Part shown: in pieces, positions 51,243 to 61,126 of the stretch
Layout: every line of letters starts with the position of its first letter
Numbering within the stretch: position 1 is the first letter of the stretch
Assembly (NCBI GenBank): GCA_977020255.1
Contig: CDROCS010000506.1
Location: 186,001-250,000 of the forward strand
Direction: 5' to 3'
Source of the DNA: Obrimoposthia wandeli
Lineage: Eukaryota
Length of the DNA stretch: 64,000 bases
Position numbers and translations under genes: made by a program
Notes under the pieces: model-generated
What the model saw: only the letters and a program-made list of their open reading frames with translations
What the model was told of the DNA's origin: nothing
Databases searched by the model: none

Positions 51243-51695
51243 CTAGATACCTGGACTTCTGCGAATAAATTGACTGCCAAACAGTGTGGTTAATGCGCTT
51301 TCTTCCGGTTTAATTTGATATCGATTCATATATAAAATAAAACCCATGATGCCGAATAAGCTCAACGGGGTTGATAAGTAGACATTCCAAGCAAGTAATA
51401 ACAGCACTAAGCCAACATACATCGGGTTGCGTGAGTACTTGTAAACACCTGAAGTCACCAGTAATGATGCAGTTTCTGGTTTTAATGGATTCACCGTGGT
51501 TGCAGCTTTTTTAAATGACACCACACCGGCGATAGCAAAAAAGAGGCCTAAGCCAATAAGGACTAAAGATAAGATCAGTCGCAACGTCAAGCTCATTTCA
51601 ACACTGGGGGCAAGGAACGAACATCCCCACATGATAGCAGCAAAGAATAAGCTAATAACCGGTGGTGGGATCTTATTTTCAAGTCTCTTCATCAT
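51243..51695 (-). CDS. Isoprenylcysteine carboxyl methyltransferase-like membrane protein (last codons scrambled)
   Basis: TTVNP, GVYKYSRNPMYVG, QIKPEE; the usual VRRW ending appears only as an indel-broken remnant. Confidence 0.82.
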   Translation of the reverse strand: MMKRLENKIPPPVISLFFAAIMWGCSFLAPSVEMSLTLRLILSLVLIGLGLFFAIAGVVSFKKAATTVNPLKPETASLLVTSGVYKYSRNPMYVGLVLLLLAWNVYLSTPLSLFGIMGFILYMNRYQIKPEESALTTLFGSQFIRRSPGI

Positions 51696-52138
51696 ATAAC
51701 GCCAAGTAGATTAAGCAGTTGTACTAGCATACATTATTTAATCTTATTAAAATTAAACCGAGATCTTAATTGTGAGAACTGGACAGGAGTTTAAGGTGAT
51801 CTATACTAGATATTGAAAAGCGTTTTATCTACCGACAGACCTAAGAGGTGAGGCAGATATAGCAACCACGTCAGTTTCTGGGCTTGAAACGTGGCCAACG
51901 GGAAAGAAGCAGAACCCTGTAATAGCTAATTCTCGACGCGCTTTTCACACTTCAATCTCCGCATTAAATTAAATACTGCCATCCCCTATTTCGACGCTAT
52001 ATACCCAATATCCATTATAAATTAATGGTTAAAGTCCCTCTAAATAGATATTCTGCTGAAATTTAACTCTAAATTTGCTAAACTCTCGAACAACAAATAA
52101 CTAAACAAATAGAACAGGCTTGTTCTAACTGAGGACTA

Positions 52139-53719
52139 ATGAGTATTAATAGGGATAAATACAGTATTGATAATACTGACTACACTGTTGGTCAAGATAA
52201 TGTCCAAAAATGGGGTTTTGATGTTCACAACCCAGTATTTGGTATCAGTGCATCGTTAATCGGCTTATTCTTGGTTGCAATTTTAGTAGTTGACCCTGAA
52301 ACATCCAAATCATTTTTAGACGGCATCAAATGGCAAATCATTGGCACTTTTGATAGCCTCTTCATGTGGTCAGCAAATATTTTTGTTATTTTCTGCCTCG
52401 GTTTAATTGTCTCGCCATACGGTAAAATCCGTTTAGGCGGCGATGACGCTAAAGCCGATTATAGCCGCATGTCTTGGATTGCAATGCTATTTGCTGCCGG
52501 CATGGGTATTGGTCTTATGTTCTGGGGTGTTGCAGAACCTGTTGCTTACTTCACGGGTTGGTATGAAACACCGCTTAACGTAGCAGCAAACACACCTGAA
52601 GCAGCACAACTGGCATTAGGCGCGACTATGTTCCACTGGGGTTTACACCCATGGGCAATTTATGGTGTTGTTGCACTGTCACTGGCTTTCTTCTCTTATA
52701 ACAAAGGCCTACCACTTTCAATGCGTTCTGTATTCTATCCGATCTTAGGTGATAGAACGTGGGGTTGGGCTGGTCATATTGTTGATATCCTAGCTGTAAT
52801 CGCGACCCTATTTGGTTTAGCAACATCACTTGGCTTAGGCGCACAACAAGCGGCAAGTGGTTTCCACCATGTATTGGGCATTGATAACGATCTATTCTTA
52901 CAAATTTCGATCATCTTTATCGTGACGTTATTAGCTGTTGTGTCGGTAATTCGTGGTATTGACGGTGGTGTTAAAGTAATTAGTAACATCAACATGCTAC
53001 TCGCGTTAGTGTTATTAGTATTCGTTGCGTTAGTCACGTTTGCCGTATCAATGGGCACAATTCCAACGACTATTATGGGTTATGTTAAAAATATCATCCC
53101 ATTAAGTAATCCAATTGGTCGTGAAGACGAAGCTTGGATGCACGGTTGGACTGTATTCTATTGGGCATGGTGGATCTCATGGTCACCATTCGTAGGTATG
53201 TTCATCGCGCGTATTTCTCGTGGTCGTACTATTCGTGAATTTATCACGGCGGTATTACTGGTTCCAACCGGTGTGACAGTATTGTGGATGTCTGTATTTG
53301 GTGGCATAGCGATTGATCAAGTCGTTAATAACGTCGGTACGTTAGGCACTGAAGGCTTGACTGAAGTACCTTTAGCTATGTTCCAAATGTTTGATGCTTT
53401 ACCTATGGGTAACGTATTATCCATGCTAGCTGTATTGTTAGTATTAGTATTCTTCATCACCTCTTCGGACTCAGGTTCGTTAGTTATCGACAGCATCACT
53501 GCTGGTGGTAAAGTTGATGCGCCAGTACCACAACGTGTGTTCTGGGCATTCATCGAAGGTGCTATCGCAGCAGCACTTCTTTGGGTTGGCGGTACACAAG
53601 CAATTGAAGCATTACAAGCAGGTGCAATCTCAACCGCACTGCCATTCACGGTGATCTTATTGGTCATGTGTGTGAGCTTGATTATGGGTTTAAGAACAGA
53701 GCAACATAACCGCAAATGA
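52139..53719 (+). CDS. BCCT family transporter
   Basis: FAAGMGIGLMFWG, FHWGLHPW, WTVFYWAWWISWSPFVGMFIARISRGRT, SSDSGS. Confidence 0.95.
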   Translation: MSINRDKYSIDNTDYTVGQDNVQKWGFDVHNPVFGISASLIGLFLVAILVVDPETSKSFLDGIKWQIIGTFDSLFMWSANIFVIFCLGLIVSPYGKIRLGGDDAKADYSRMSWIAMLFAAGMGIGLMFWGVAEPVAYFTGWYETPLNVAANTPEAAQLALGATMFHWGLHPWAIYGVVALSLAFFSYNKGLPLSMRSVFYPILGDRTWGWAGHIVDILAVIATLFGLATSLGLGAQQAASGFHHVLGIDNDLFLQISIIFIVTLLAVVSVIRGIDGGVKVISNINMLLALVLLVFVALVTFAVSMGTIPTTIMGYVKNIIPLSNPIGREDEAWMHGWTVFYWAWWISWSPFVGMFIARISRGRTIREFITAVLLVPTGVTVLWMSVFGGIAIDQVVNNVGTLGTEGLTEVPLAMFQMFDALPMGNVLSMLAVLLVLVFFITSSDSGSLVIDSITAGGKVDAPVPQRVFWAFIEGAIAAALLWVGGTQAIEALQAGAISTALPFTVILLVMCVSLIMGLRTEQHNRK

Positions 53720-53772
53720 TAAGCGTATTCGATTTTCGACTGTGAAAATCTAATTGACGACATTCAAGCATG

Positions 53773-53809
53773 AAAAAGGCCACGCGTTACATTAACGCGT
53801 GGCCTTTTT
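53773..53809 (+). terminator. Intrinsic terminator after BCCT gene
   Basis: AAAAAGGCCACGCGTTA-CAT-TAACGCGTGGCCTTTTT. Confidence 0.85.
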
Positions 53810-53947
53810 ATTATCCTTAAAAAATAAATAACCGAATCAATGGCTAATGAATCATTGAGGAATCACTGCTAAATTGTTAAAGCAATTATATAATCTAAGT
53901 AACTGGCTATTGCGCTTTCAAAAAAACTTGTTACTATTGCCGCCTAT

Positions 53948-54030
53948 ATAGTCGGGGGGCCTAAAGGCTGAGAGCGCATATTGCGAGACCCGTTGAACCT
54001 GATTCAGTTAACACTGGCGTAGGGAACTAT
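53948..54030 (+). ncRNA. TPP riboswitch
   Basis: GGGG..CTGAGA..ACCC..GAACCTGAT..TAACAC..CGTAGGGA with P1 ATAGT/ACTAT; SD-sequestering hairpin TTCCTATAC/GTACTAGGAA at 54087-54109. Confidence 0.95.
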
Positions 54031-54114
54031 CAGTCTTGCTTCACCTGATTTGACCTACTCCGTCTCTCAATCTTGGCTTGATAAAGTTCCTATACGTCTG
54101 TACTAGGAATATTT

Positions 54115-54993
54115 ATGCTAAAGGTTACAACAAACACATCAACACCCGTTTCATCAACAGCTAGATCATTAATCAATAGCGCATCAACCCCTATCGTATT
54201 AACGATCGCGGGCTCTGATAGTGGTGGCGGTGCTGGTATTCAAGCTGATATCAAAGCAATCTCTGCAACGGGCAGTTACGCATGTTCAGTAATCACAGCC
54301 ATTACTGCGCAAAATACCCTTGGCGTGTCCGCTATATTCCCTATTCCACTCGAATATGTTGAAAAGCAACTTGATGCCGTCTTTAGTGATTTAAATATTG
54401 TCGCCGTTAAAGTGGGCATGCTGGCAGACAGCGATATCATTAAGGTTGTCACCGCTAAGATTAAACAATATAAACCCGCATTTTTAGTCGTCGATCCGGT
54501 CATGATTGCCACCAGCGGCGATTTACTGTTAAAAGAATCAGCCATCAACACCCTTAAATCTGAGCTATTACCGCTTGCCGACTTGATCACCCCTAACTTA
54601 CCCGAAGGTGCCGCTTTAACAGGTTCATCGCTGCCAACTTGTGAGGATGATATGGGCGCGATGATCCAATCATTACGCCAGCTTAACGTTAATGCAGTGC
54701 TGTTAAAGGGCGGTCATTTAGAACAAGACGAAAACAGTAACGACCTGCTTATCTTCCAGGATCATTTTGAGCAGTTAACCGCAAAACGTATTAATACCCA
54801 CAATACCCATGGTACTGGCTGTACGCTGTCTTCCGCCATCGCATCTTATTTAGCGCAAGGACACGACCTACTGCAAGCCGTCAAATTGGGTAAACAATAC
54901 ATTTCTAACGCGATTGCGCATGCCGATGAATTAGACATTGGCAGTGGTCACGGCCCTGTGAATCACTTCTTTGCTGGCCACGCTGATGTCTAG
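54115..54993 (+). CDS. thiD: Hydroxymethylpyrimidine/phosphomethylpyrimidine kinase
   Basis: AGSDSGGGAGIQAD, VDPVM, KGGH, THGTGCT. Confidence 0.95.
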   Translation: MLKVTTNTSTPVSSTARSLINSASTPIVLTIAGSDSGGGAGIQADIKAISATGSYACSVITAITAQNTLGVSAIFPIPLEYVEKQLDAVFSDLNIVAVKVGMLADSDIIKVVTAKIKQYKPAFLVVDPVMIATSGDLLLKESAINTLKSELLPLADLITPNLPEGAALTGSSLPTCEDDMGAMIQSLRQLNVNAVLLKGGHLEQDENSNDLLIFQDHFEQLTAKRINTHNTHGTGCTLSSAIASYLAQGHDLLQAVKLGKQYISNAIAHADELDIGSGHGPVNHFFAGHADV

Positions 54994-55891
54994 CTCACCA
55001 CAGGTAATTTTAGCCCCTACAAATAGCAAGGACAGCATTGCGGTAAAAACAGTGCGAATAAATAACTTTGAAGCTAATAGCCTTGCGGTGAACATAACCA
55101 TTACCAACGGTTACTTACGCTATCACGACAGTATCGACCCCGTGCTCAGTCAGCTAAACATGACGATGCCTGCAAAACAGTGGACATGTATATTAGGTCG
55201 CAGCGGCTGCGGAAAAACCTCGCTACTGCGTTATCTTGCAGGCTTGTTAGATCAGCAAGTGACATGGTCTGGTGAATATGTCATTAACGCTAACCAGCAA
55301 GTCCTGGCAGATTTAAACAATCAAATAGCCTACATGGCACAACAAGACTTGCTACTGCCTTGGTTATCCGTGCTCGACAATGTCACTTTAAGCAGTAAGT
55401 TTGGCGGAAAAATATCGGCAGCAGCTTCGAAAGTAACGTCGCAAGCAAGCACTGACAAAGCGCTTACTCTATTAGCTAAAGTCGGACTTGCTGACAATGC
55501 TCAGCATTTACCCCAGCAACTGTCTGGCGGTATGCGTCAACGAGTGGCATTGGCAAGAACATTAATGCAAGACAAGCCAGTCGTCTTAATGGATGAACCA
55601 TTTTCCGCTTTAGACGCCGTGACGCGTTATCGATTACAGGATCTTGCTTGTGAATTGTTAGCAGATAAAACCGTGGTATTAATCACCCACGATCCGCAAG
55701 AAGCCATTCGTCTCGCTGACCAAATCTATATTATGCAAGGTACACCTGCTAGCGCAGAAAATTTATCCGTCCCCACATCAGCAACACCTCGGCAATTCGA
55801 TGCGGAATGTGCACAACTACAACAACAAATAATGTCTTGTTTGGCAAAAGAGTATCTGGATGAGAGTGAGAGTGGTGTTGGATATGAGTGA
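54986..55891 (+). CDS. ThiZ-type ABC ATPase
   Basis: GRSGCGKT, LSGGMRQR, MDEPF, THD. Confidence 0.88.
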   Translation: MSSSPQVILAPTNSKDSIAVKTVRINNFEANSLAVNITITNGYLRYHDSIDPVLSQLNMTMPAKQWTCILGRSGCGKTSLLRYLAGLLDQQVTWSGEYVINANQQVLADLNNQIAYMAQQDLLLPWLSVLDNVTLSSKFGGKISAAASKVTSQASTDKALTLLAKVGLADNAQHLPQQLSGGMRQRVALARTLMQDKPVVLMDEPFSALDAVTRYRLQDLACELLADKTVVLITHDPQEAIRLADQIYIMQGTPASAENLSVPTSATPRQFDAECAQLQQQIMSCLAKEYLDESESGVGYE

Positions 55892-56696
55892 ATTAATCAA
55901 TAACCTTACCCCAGCACAATCAAACGCAGTCAAAAATACCGACAAACAACAGCGCTATATTAGCCCCTTACTACGCGCGATTATTAGTACGTTAGTAATC
56001 ATTGGCCTATGGCAAAGTATTGTCGTTATTTTTGCCATGCCCTCTTTCATTCTGCCCGCGCCGTTAGCGGTATTTGAACGCTTAATAGAACGCCATGAAG
56101 TCTTGTTTAAACACACATTGGTTACTGCGCAAGAAATTGTCTTTGGCTTGTTACTGGGTTTATTCATGGGATTATTTTTTGCATTGCAGATGCTGCTATT
56201 CAAACCAATTAAGCATTGGTTGTTACCACTCTTAATTGCCAGTCAAGCCATTCCGGTATTCGCCATTGCGCCCGTATTGATGCTTTGGCTAGGTTATGGC
56301 ATGGCGTCGAAGATAGTGATGGCGGCATTAATCATCTTCTTCCCCGTCACAACCTGCTGTTACGACGGTTTACGTAATACCCCAACAGGCTATTTAGATC
56401 TGGCTAAAACCATGGGCGCAACCAAGTGGCAGCTACTTCGTCATATTCAGCTACCCGCGTCTCTGCCGACACTCGCATCCGGTATTCGGGTCGCTGTAGT
56501 CATAGCGCCAATCGGCGCCGTTGCAGGTGAATGGGTCGGCTCAAGTGCTGGACTGGGTTACCTCATGCTGCAAGCGAATGCGCGCATGATGATTGATGAA
56601 ATGTTTGCGGCATTACTGATCTTATCCGCTTTATCGATCCTACTTTATTTTGTCACTGATAAAACATTAAAGAGGTTCATTCCTTGGGAAAAATGA
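55884..56696 (+). CDS. ThiX-type ABC permease
   Basis: SQAIPVFAIAP, GAVAGEW, GLGYLM. Confidence 0.88.
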   Translation: MSELINNLTPAQSNAVKNTDKQQRYISPLLRAIISTLVIIGLWQSIVVIFAMPSFILPAPLAVFERLIERHEVLFKHTLVTAQEIVFGLLLGLFMGLFFALQMLLFKPIKHWLLPLLIASQAIPVFAIAPVLMLWLGYGMASKIVMAALIIFFPVTTCCYDGLRNTPTGYLDLAKTMGATKWQLLRHIQLPASLPTLASGIRVAVVIAPIGAVAGEWVGSSAGLGYLMLQANARMMIDEMFAALLILSALSILLYFVTDKTLKRFIPWEK

Positions 56697-56755
56697 AGTT
56701 ATATAACAATATACATTCGGACAACAACATATACAACAATATAAAAAGGATATTT

Positions 56756-57703
56756 ATGAAAAACAATACGTTACTAAAATCTGCAGTGTTAACTGCCACG
56801 ATGTTATCAACAAGTGTACAAGCAGAAACCAAGACGCTAACGCTGATGTTAGATTGGTTTGTTAATCCTAATCACGGCCCTATCGTCATTGCCAAAGAAC
56901 GTGGCTACTTTGCAGAGCAAGGCGTGAACGTGGTGATCCAAGAACCTGCCGATCCAAGTATGCCGCCAAAGCTTGTAGCGGCTAATAAAATCGATCTTGC
57001 TATCACCTACCAACCAAATCTCACTATTGATGTGGCTGCAGGTTTACCACTTATCCGCGCAGCAACCTTGATCGCAACGCCACTCAATACTTTGATGGTG
57101 CTCGACAACGGTAAAATCAATAGTATGGCTGATTTGAAAGGCAAGAAGATTGGTATCGCCATTGCTGGTAACGAAGAAGCAACTATCGGCACCATGTTAA
57201 AAACAGGCGGCGTTAGCTATGATGATGTCCAGATCATCAATGTTGGTTGGGCACTGTCTTCATCACTCGCATCAGGTAAAGTCGATGCTATTTGGGGTGG
57301 TCTACGTAACTTTGAAACAAATCAACTCGAACTTGAAGGCTTTAAATCAAAAGCCTTCTTTCCAGAAGAACATGGCGTACCCGCTTATGACGAATTAGTG
57401 TTTGTTGCTAATGCCAATACCTATGACAAAGTGGCGATCAAAGCCTTCAATAAAGCCCTAGAGAAAGCCACGACTTATATTGTTAATCACCCACAAGCAT
57501 CGTGGAAAGAGTTTGTCGCTTATGCACCAGACACATTAAACAACGAGTTAAATAAACGTGCTTGGAACGATACCTTGACTCGTTTCGCGTTGCGTCCTTC
57601 TGCCGTTGATTTAAACCGTTATGACGATTATGCCGAATTCATGTATTCGCAAAAGATCATCAAAACATTACCGAAAGCGCAAGACTACGTGCTGGCACTG
57701 TAA
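56756..57703 (+). CDS. ThiY/NMT1-type substrate-binding protein
   Basis: LDWFVNPNH, ITYQP, PAYDEL; start MKNN after AAGGA. Confidence 0.9.
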   Translation: MKNNTLLKSAVLTATMLSTSVQAETKTLTLMLDWFVNPNHGPIVIAKERGYFAEQGVNVVIQEPADPSMPPKLVAANKIDLAITYQPNLTIDVAAGLPLIRAATLIATPLNTLMVLDNGKINSMADLKGKKIGIAIAGNEEATIGTMLKTGGVSYDDVQIINVGWALSSSLASGKVDAIWGGLRNFETNQLELEGFKSKAFFPEEHGVPAYDELVFVANANTYDKVAIKAFNKALEKATTYIVNHPQASWKEFVAYAPDTLNNELNKRAWNDTLTRFALRPSAVDLNRYDDYAEFMYSQKIIKTLPKAQDYVLAL

Positions 57704-57730
57704 ACAACGTTGTAAAAAACACTGAGAAAA

Positions 57731-58399
57731 ATGATGAATCATCAAGACCTAATCAATGCCTGTCGTGAAGACTGGGATGCGTATACCCAACACCCATTTG
57801 TACAACAATTAGCGCAAGGCACGTTAGCACAGCCGAGTTACTTGCATTACCTTAAGCAAGACTTCTTGTTTCTTAAACAGTATGCCCGTGCTTACGCGCT
57901 AGCGATTTATAAAGCCCGTACTTTAGCGGATATGCGTAAAGCACTACCAAGTGTGCATGCCCTGCTGGATTCTGAAATTGGCCACCACATCACCTATTGT
58001 GCTAACTGGGGATTAACCGAATCTGATTTAGAAGCAGAACCGGAAGACTTTGGTACGGTGGCTTACACACGCTACGTCCTCGATTCAGGTATGGCTGGGG
58101 ATATTGTTGATTTGTATGCAGCGTTAGCACCCTGCTCGATTGGTTACGCCGAAATTGGCCGTAATCTTGCGGCAGATAGCAATACCAAGCTTGTTGATAA
58201 TCCATTCGCAAGCTGGATTGAGCTCTATAGTGGTGATGAATTTCAGCAAGGTGTGGCACAAGGTACAGCGCATATTGATGTGTTGTTAGCTGAAATAGAC
58301 GTCAACAGCCAACGTGGCAAAAATCTGCTACATGTATTTAAAACCGCAACACGCATGGAAATTGCATTTTGGCAGCAAGGGCTTGATGTCGATAAGTAG
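57731..58399 (+). CDS. tenA: Thiaminase II
   Basis: YLKQD, APCSIGY, WIELY, MEIAFW. Confidence 0.92.
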   Translation: MMNHQDLINACREDWDAYTQHPFVQQLAQGTLAQPSYLHYLKQDFLFLKQYARAYALAIYKARTLADMRKALPSVHALLDSEIGHHITYCANWGLTESDLEAEPEDFGTVAYTRYVLDSGMAGDIVDLYAALAPCSIGYAEIGRNLAADSNTKLVDNPFASWIELYSGDEFQQGVAQGTAHIDVLLAEIDVNSQRGKNLLHVFKTATRMEIAFWQQGLDVDK

Positions 58400-58474
58400 T
58401 AACTGTCGACTCATAAATACTGCGATCGAATTTATAATAAAATAGGTGAGATAGTTTCATTTAGGCTAATTTGG

Positions 58475-58503
58475 CCAGCAGTCGACATAGATTGCTGGTT
58501 TTT
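58475..58503 (+). terminator. Terminator between convergent tenA and AraC genes
   Basis: CCAGCAGTC/GATTGCTGG followed by T tract. Confidence 0.55.
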
Positions 58504-58516
58504 ATACTATTCAACG

Positions 58517-59368
58517 TCAGCTAACCCCACCATAGACATCAATAGTCAGGTCACGCTGCTTCACATAATTATTCGGCGTGGCACCTATTTGACCTTTTAA
58601 ATAACGGATCAAATGAGGCTGGTCACTAAAACCAAACTGATACGCTAAATCAACCCAATCAATGTCTTTGCTATCTCGTTGATATAAATATTCTAACAAG
58701 CTTTCTAACTTAAGCATTGACTGACATTGTTTAAGTGTAAGGCCGGTAACGCGATTAAAACTGCGCTCGATAGTCCGTTGCGAACAGTAAAGCTGTTCAC
58801 CTAAGTGTGCAATAGGTGTCGTCGTTAACAGCGGTAAGACTTTTCGCGTTAATTGGCTGTGGTTATCTTCATTATTATTCGCCAACCAAGTTGATAGATA
58901 TTGATCTAAACGCTCACAACATAGGTCAGGATCGTCTTTTGCAATAGCCAATATATGTTGCTCAATAAAGCTCTCATCTTTTGAACAATGGCTCAGACCA
59001 GCAATCAGTTCACTCAGATTCACGTCCATCACTTCATCGATGACGGGTTGCACCGGGGACATTGTCAGTGAATATAATGCGCCAACACGGAATTTAACAC
59101 CAAGATATAAAAAAGCGTGGGCATGGTCGAGCTGCAAAGTCTGAACTTGTGGAAATAGCCAATGACTACCCTGCCCTTGTTTTACGCCTGATTTTAAATC
59201 ATAACGATAGTGCTGTGCGGCTGGCGCTAATAGCAGATGACTTTCTGGATGTGGGTTTAACTTAGGTGACGGATGTGATCCCGTATCCGTCTCCTTAATT
59301 AATAACCAATAGCTTTCTACATACTTGGCTACAGAAGCAGATTTTGGCGTTCTAATCCAATTTATCAT
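58517..59368 (-). CDS. AraC family regulator
   Basis: SQRTIERSF, WVDLAYQFGFSDQPHLIR. Confidence 0.88.
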   Translation of the reverse strand: MINWIRTPKSASVAKYVESYWLLIKETDTGSHPSPKLNPHPESHLLLAPAAQHYRYDLKSGVKQGQGSHWLFPQVQTLQLDHAHAFLYLGVKFRVGALYSLTMSPVQPVIDEVMDVNLSELIAGLSHCSKDESFIEQHILAIAKDDPDLCCERLDQYLSTWLANNNEDNHSQLTRKVLPLLTTTPIAHLGEQLYCSQRTIERSFNRVTGLTLKQCQSMLKLESLLEYLYQRDSKDIDWVDLAYQFGFSDQPHLIRYLKGQIGATPNNYVKQRDLTIDVYGGVS

Positions 59369-59407
59369 TTAATATCTACATCCATAAATAAAGTGAGCGT
59401 TATAGCG

Positions 59408-60226
59408 CTAGCTATTAACACTAAATTGAACAATACGGTGACATGACGTAAACCCAGCTTTTACAATCGCCTTCTGCGCGCCAATATTAGCCATTTCGGT
59501 TGAGCACATCGCGGTTAAACCTTTCGATTCAGCACGCGTAACAAGATAATTTAAAACTTGAGTCGCAATACCTTTACCACGTTCAGATTCAGCAACGATC
59601 ATACCCAAATCAGCATATTCAGTCTGGACGGTATCAAACAGGCGGCATTCACCACTTGCTAACAGTTTACCGCGTTTCCAGTAACCGACTAATTCCTGAC
59701 GATGAATCAAGCGCTGATAATAACCCGTCAGCCATACTTCAGGGGCACCAATGGCTTGCACTGCAAATTGCACAAAGTCAGATAGCTGTGCATCGGTCGC
59801 GACGTCCATTGCAATTAATTCACCTTGGAATGGTGCTGCTGAAAGGTCTTGTTGATACATTAATGCGTTAGTTTGGTGCGTGGAATAGTTATCTAAACAC
59901 AAAGAGAGATACAAAGGTTCTGCAGTACTCACAAACGCACCTTTGACTTCACCTATCACTGCGCTATTTTGTTCAACGATCAGTGTAAATAATTCACTCG
60001 CCTGTAACGGACATTGTGGATCAAGGTGAAATTGCAGCAGGTAACCATCGGCGTTAATACAGCAATAGCCCACTAAGGTATTATTTTCATAAAAACCAAA
60101 GTGCGTCGCCATCGGTAAAAAACCGCATAACCACATGCCATCAAGCGCAGCGGTCGTCGTGCTAAGATACTGACATTTTAGCGCGTCGAGTTGTGTAATA
60201 TCGTCAATCTTTTTGATTACTAGCAT
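59408..60226 (-). CDS. GNAT acetyltransferase (C-terminal GNAT domain)
   Basis: DLGMIV..ERGKGIAT, NIGAQKAIVKAGF. Confidence 0.82.
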   Translation of the reverse strand: MLVIKKIDDITQLDALKCQYLSTTTAALDGMWLCGFLPMATHFGFYENNTLVGYCCINADGYLLQFHLDPQCPLQASELFTLIVEQNSAVIGEVKGAFVSTAEPLYLSLCLDNYSTHQTNALMYQQDLSAAPFQGELIAMDVATDAQLSDFVQFAVQAIGAPEVWLTGYYQRLIHRQELVGYWKRGKLLASGECRLFDTVQTEYADLGMIVAESERGKGIATQVLNYLVTRAESKGLTAMCSTEMANIGAQKAIVKAGFTSCHRIVQFSVNS

Positions 60227-60397
60227 CTGTCATTCCTATCATTTACTGACTTGTTATGACTGGGAACACTTAGCTATATACTCTTAGTTATATAAGAAAT
60301 GAGTCGCTCACCAGTCGATAACGTCAATATTAAGGCAGTAGCAAAAACAAAGATTGAACAAATACGACAATATTAAAACAACACGACACTCACTAGA

Positions 60398-61117
60398 TTA
60401 CAACCATAACTTTTTAATCGGCGTATCCGGTGAAAAGTGATAATGGATCTGCGCTTGTAATAACTCTGCCGTCGCAACCGCATCCGTTAATGCATCATGC
60501 GGTGGATAAGCAGGTAAATTATAACGCTCGCGGCTCTTACCCAAACGAATCGACTCTTGGCGTTTCTTGGGTTTGAATAGGCTGAAAAAGCCCTTTTTTT
60601 GCGAATCCTGTATGTCAGCTTCTATCTGCATGGTATCGACAACCGGAAACACAATACCTTCATCAATCAAACTGCGTAAATGATTATCAAAAAAATCGCG
60701 TTCAATACGGCGATAATGTACTACCACGACTTTACCTGCTAATGCCGCTAATACCGGTTTTAGAATATGTAATAAATCCGGTGCACCGTTCAAGTCAGTA
60801 TGGGTAATACCATGAATAATAATTGAATTTTCTTTCAATTTATCTTCAGGCTCAATATACCAATGCCGTGCTTGACGACAATAAATACGCTTTAAATTAA
60901 ACGGCACCAAACCAATACTAATAATACTGTTTTGTTCAGAATCCAGTCCCGTCGTTTCAAAATCTAATGCAACAAAATCAATATCACTTAACTTGGTTTC
61001 ATCATGATACATACCAGCGCGATAAAAAGACTTTAAACGTTCATCCTTGCTTTGCTCTACTTTTATTTTGTAGAAAGCGCTCCAGTTTAAAATCTCTTTA
61101 TTAATAAAATTATGCAT
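60398..61117 (-). CDS. DEDDh 3'-5' exonuclease (DnaQ-like)
   Basis: LDFETTGL, VVHY..IERDF, HDALTDA. Confidence 0.9.
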   Translation of the reverse strand: MHNFINKEILNWSAFYKIKVEQSKDERLKSFYRAGMYHDETKLSDIDFVALDFETTGLDSEQNSIISIGLVPFNLKRIYCRQARHWYIEPEDKLKENSIIIHGITHTDLNGAPDLLHILKPVLAALAGKVVVVHYRRIERDFFDNHLRSLIDEGIVFPVVDTMQIEADIQDSQKKGFFSLFKPKKRQESIRLGKSRERYNLPAYPPHDALTDAVATAELLQAQIHYHFSPDTPIKKLWL

Positions 61118-61126
61118 TAATGATCC

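Noticed and set aside
56697-56750. Imperfect ACAACAATATA repeats before thiY; track N-terminal extension MGKMKLYNN...
   Set aside because: Low-complexity intergenic slippage; the true start is after the AAGGA RBS at 56756
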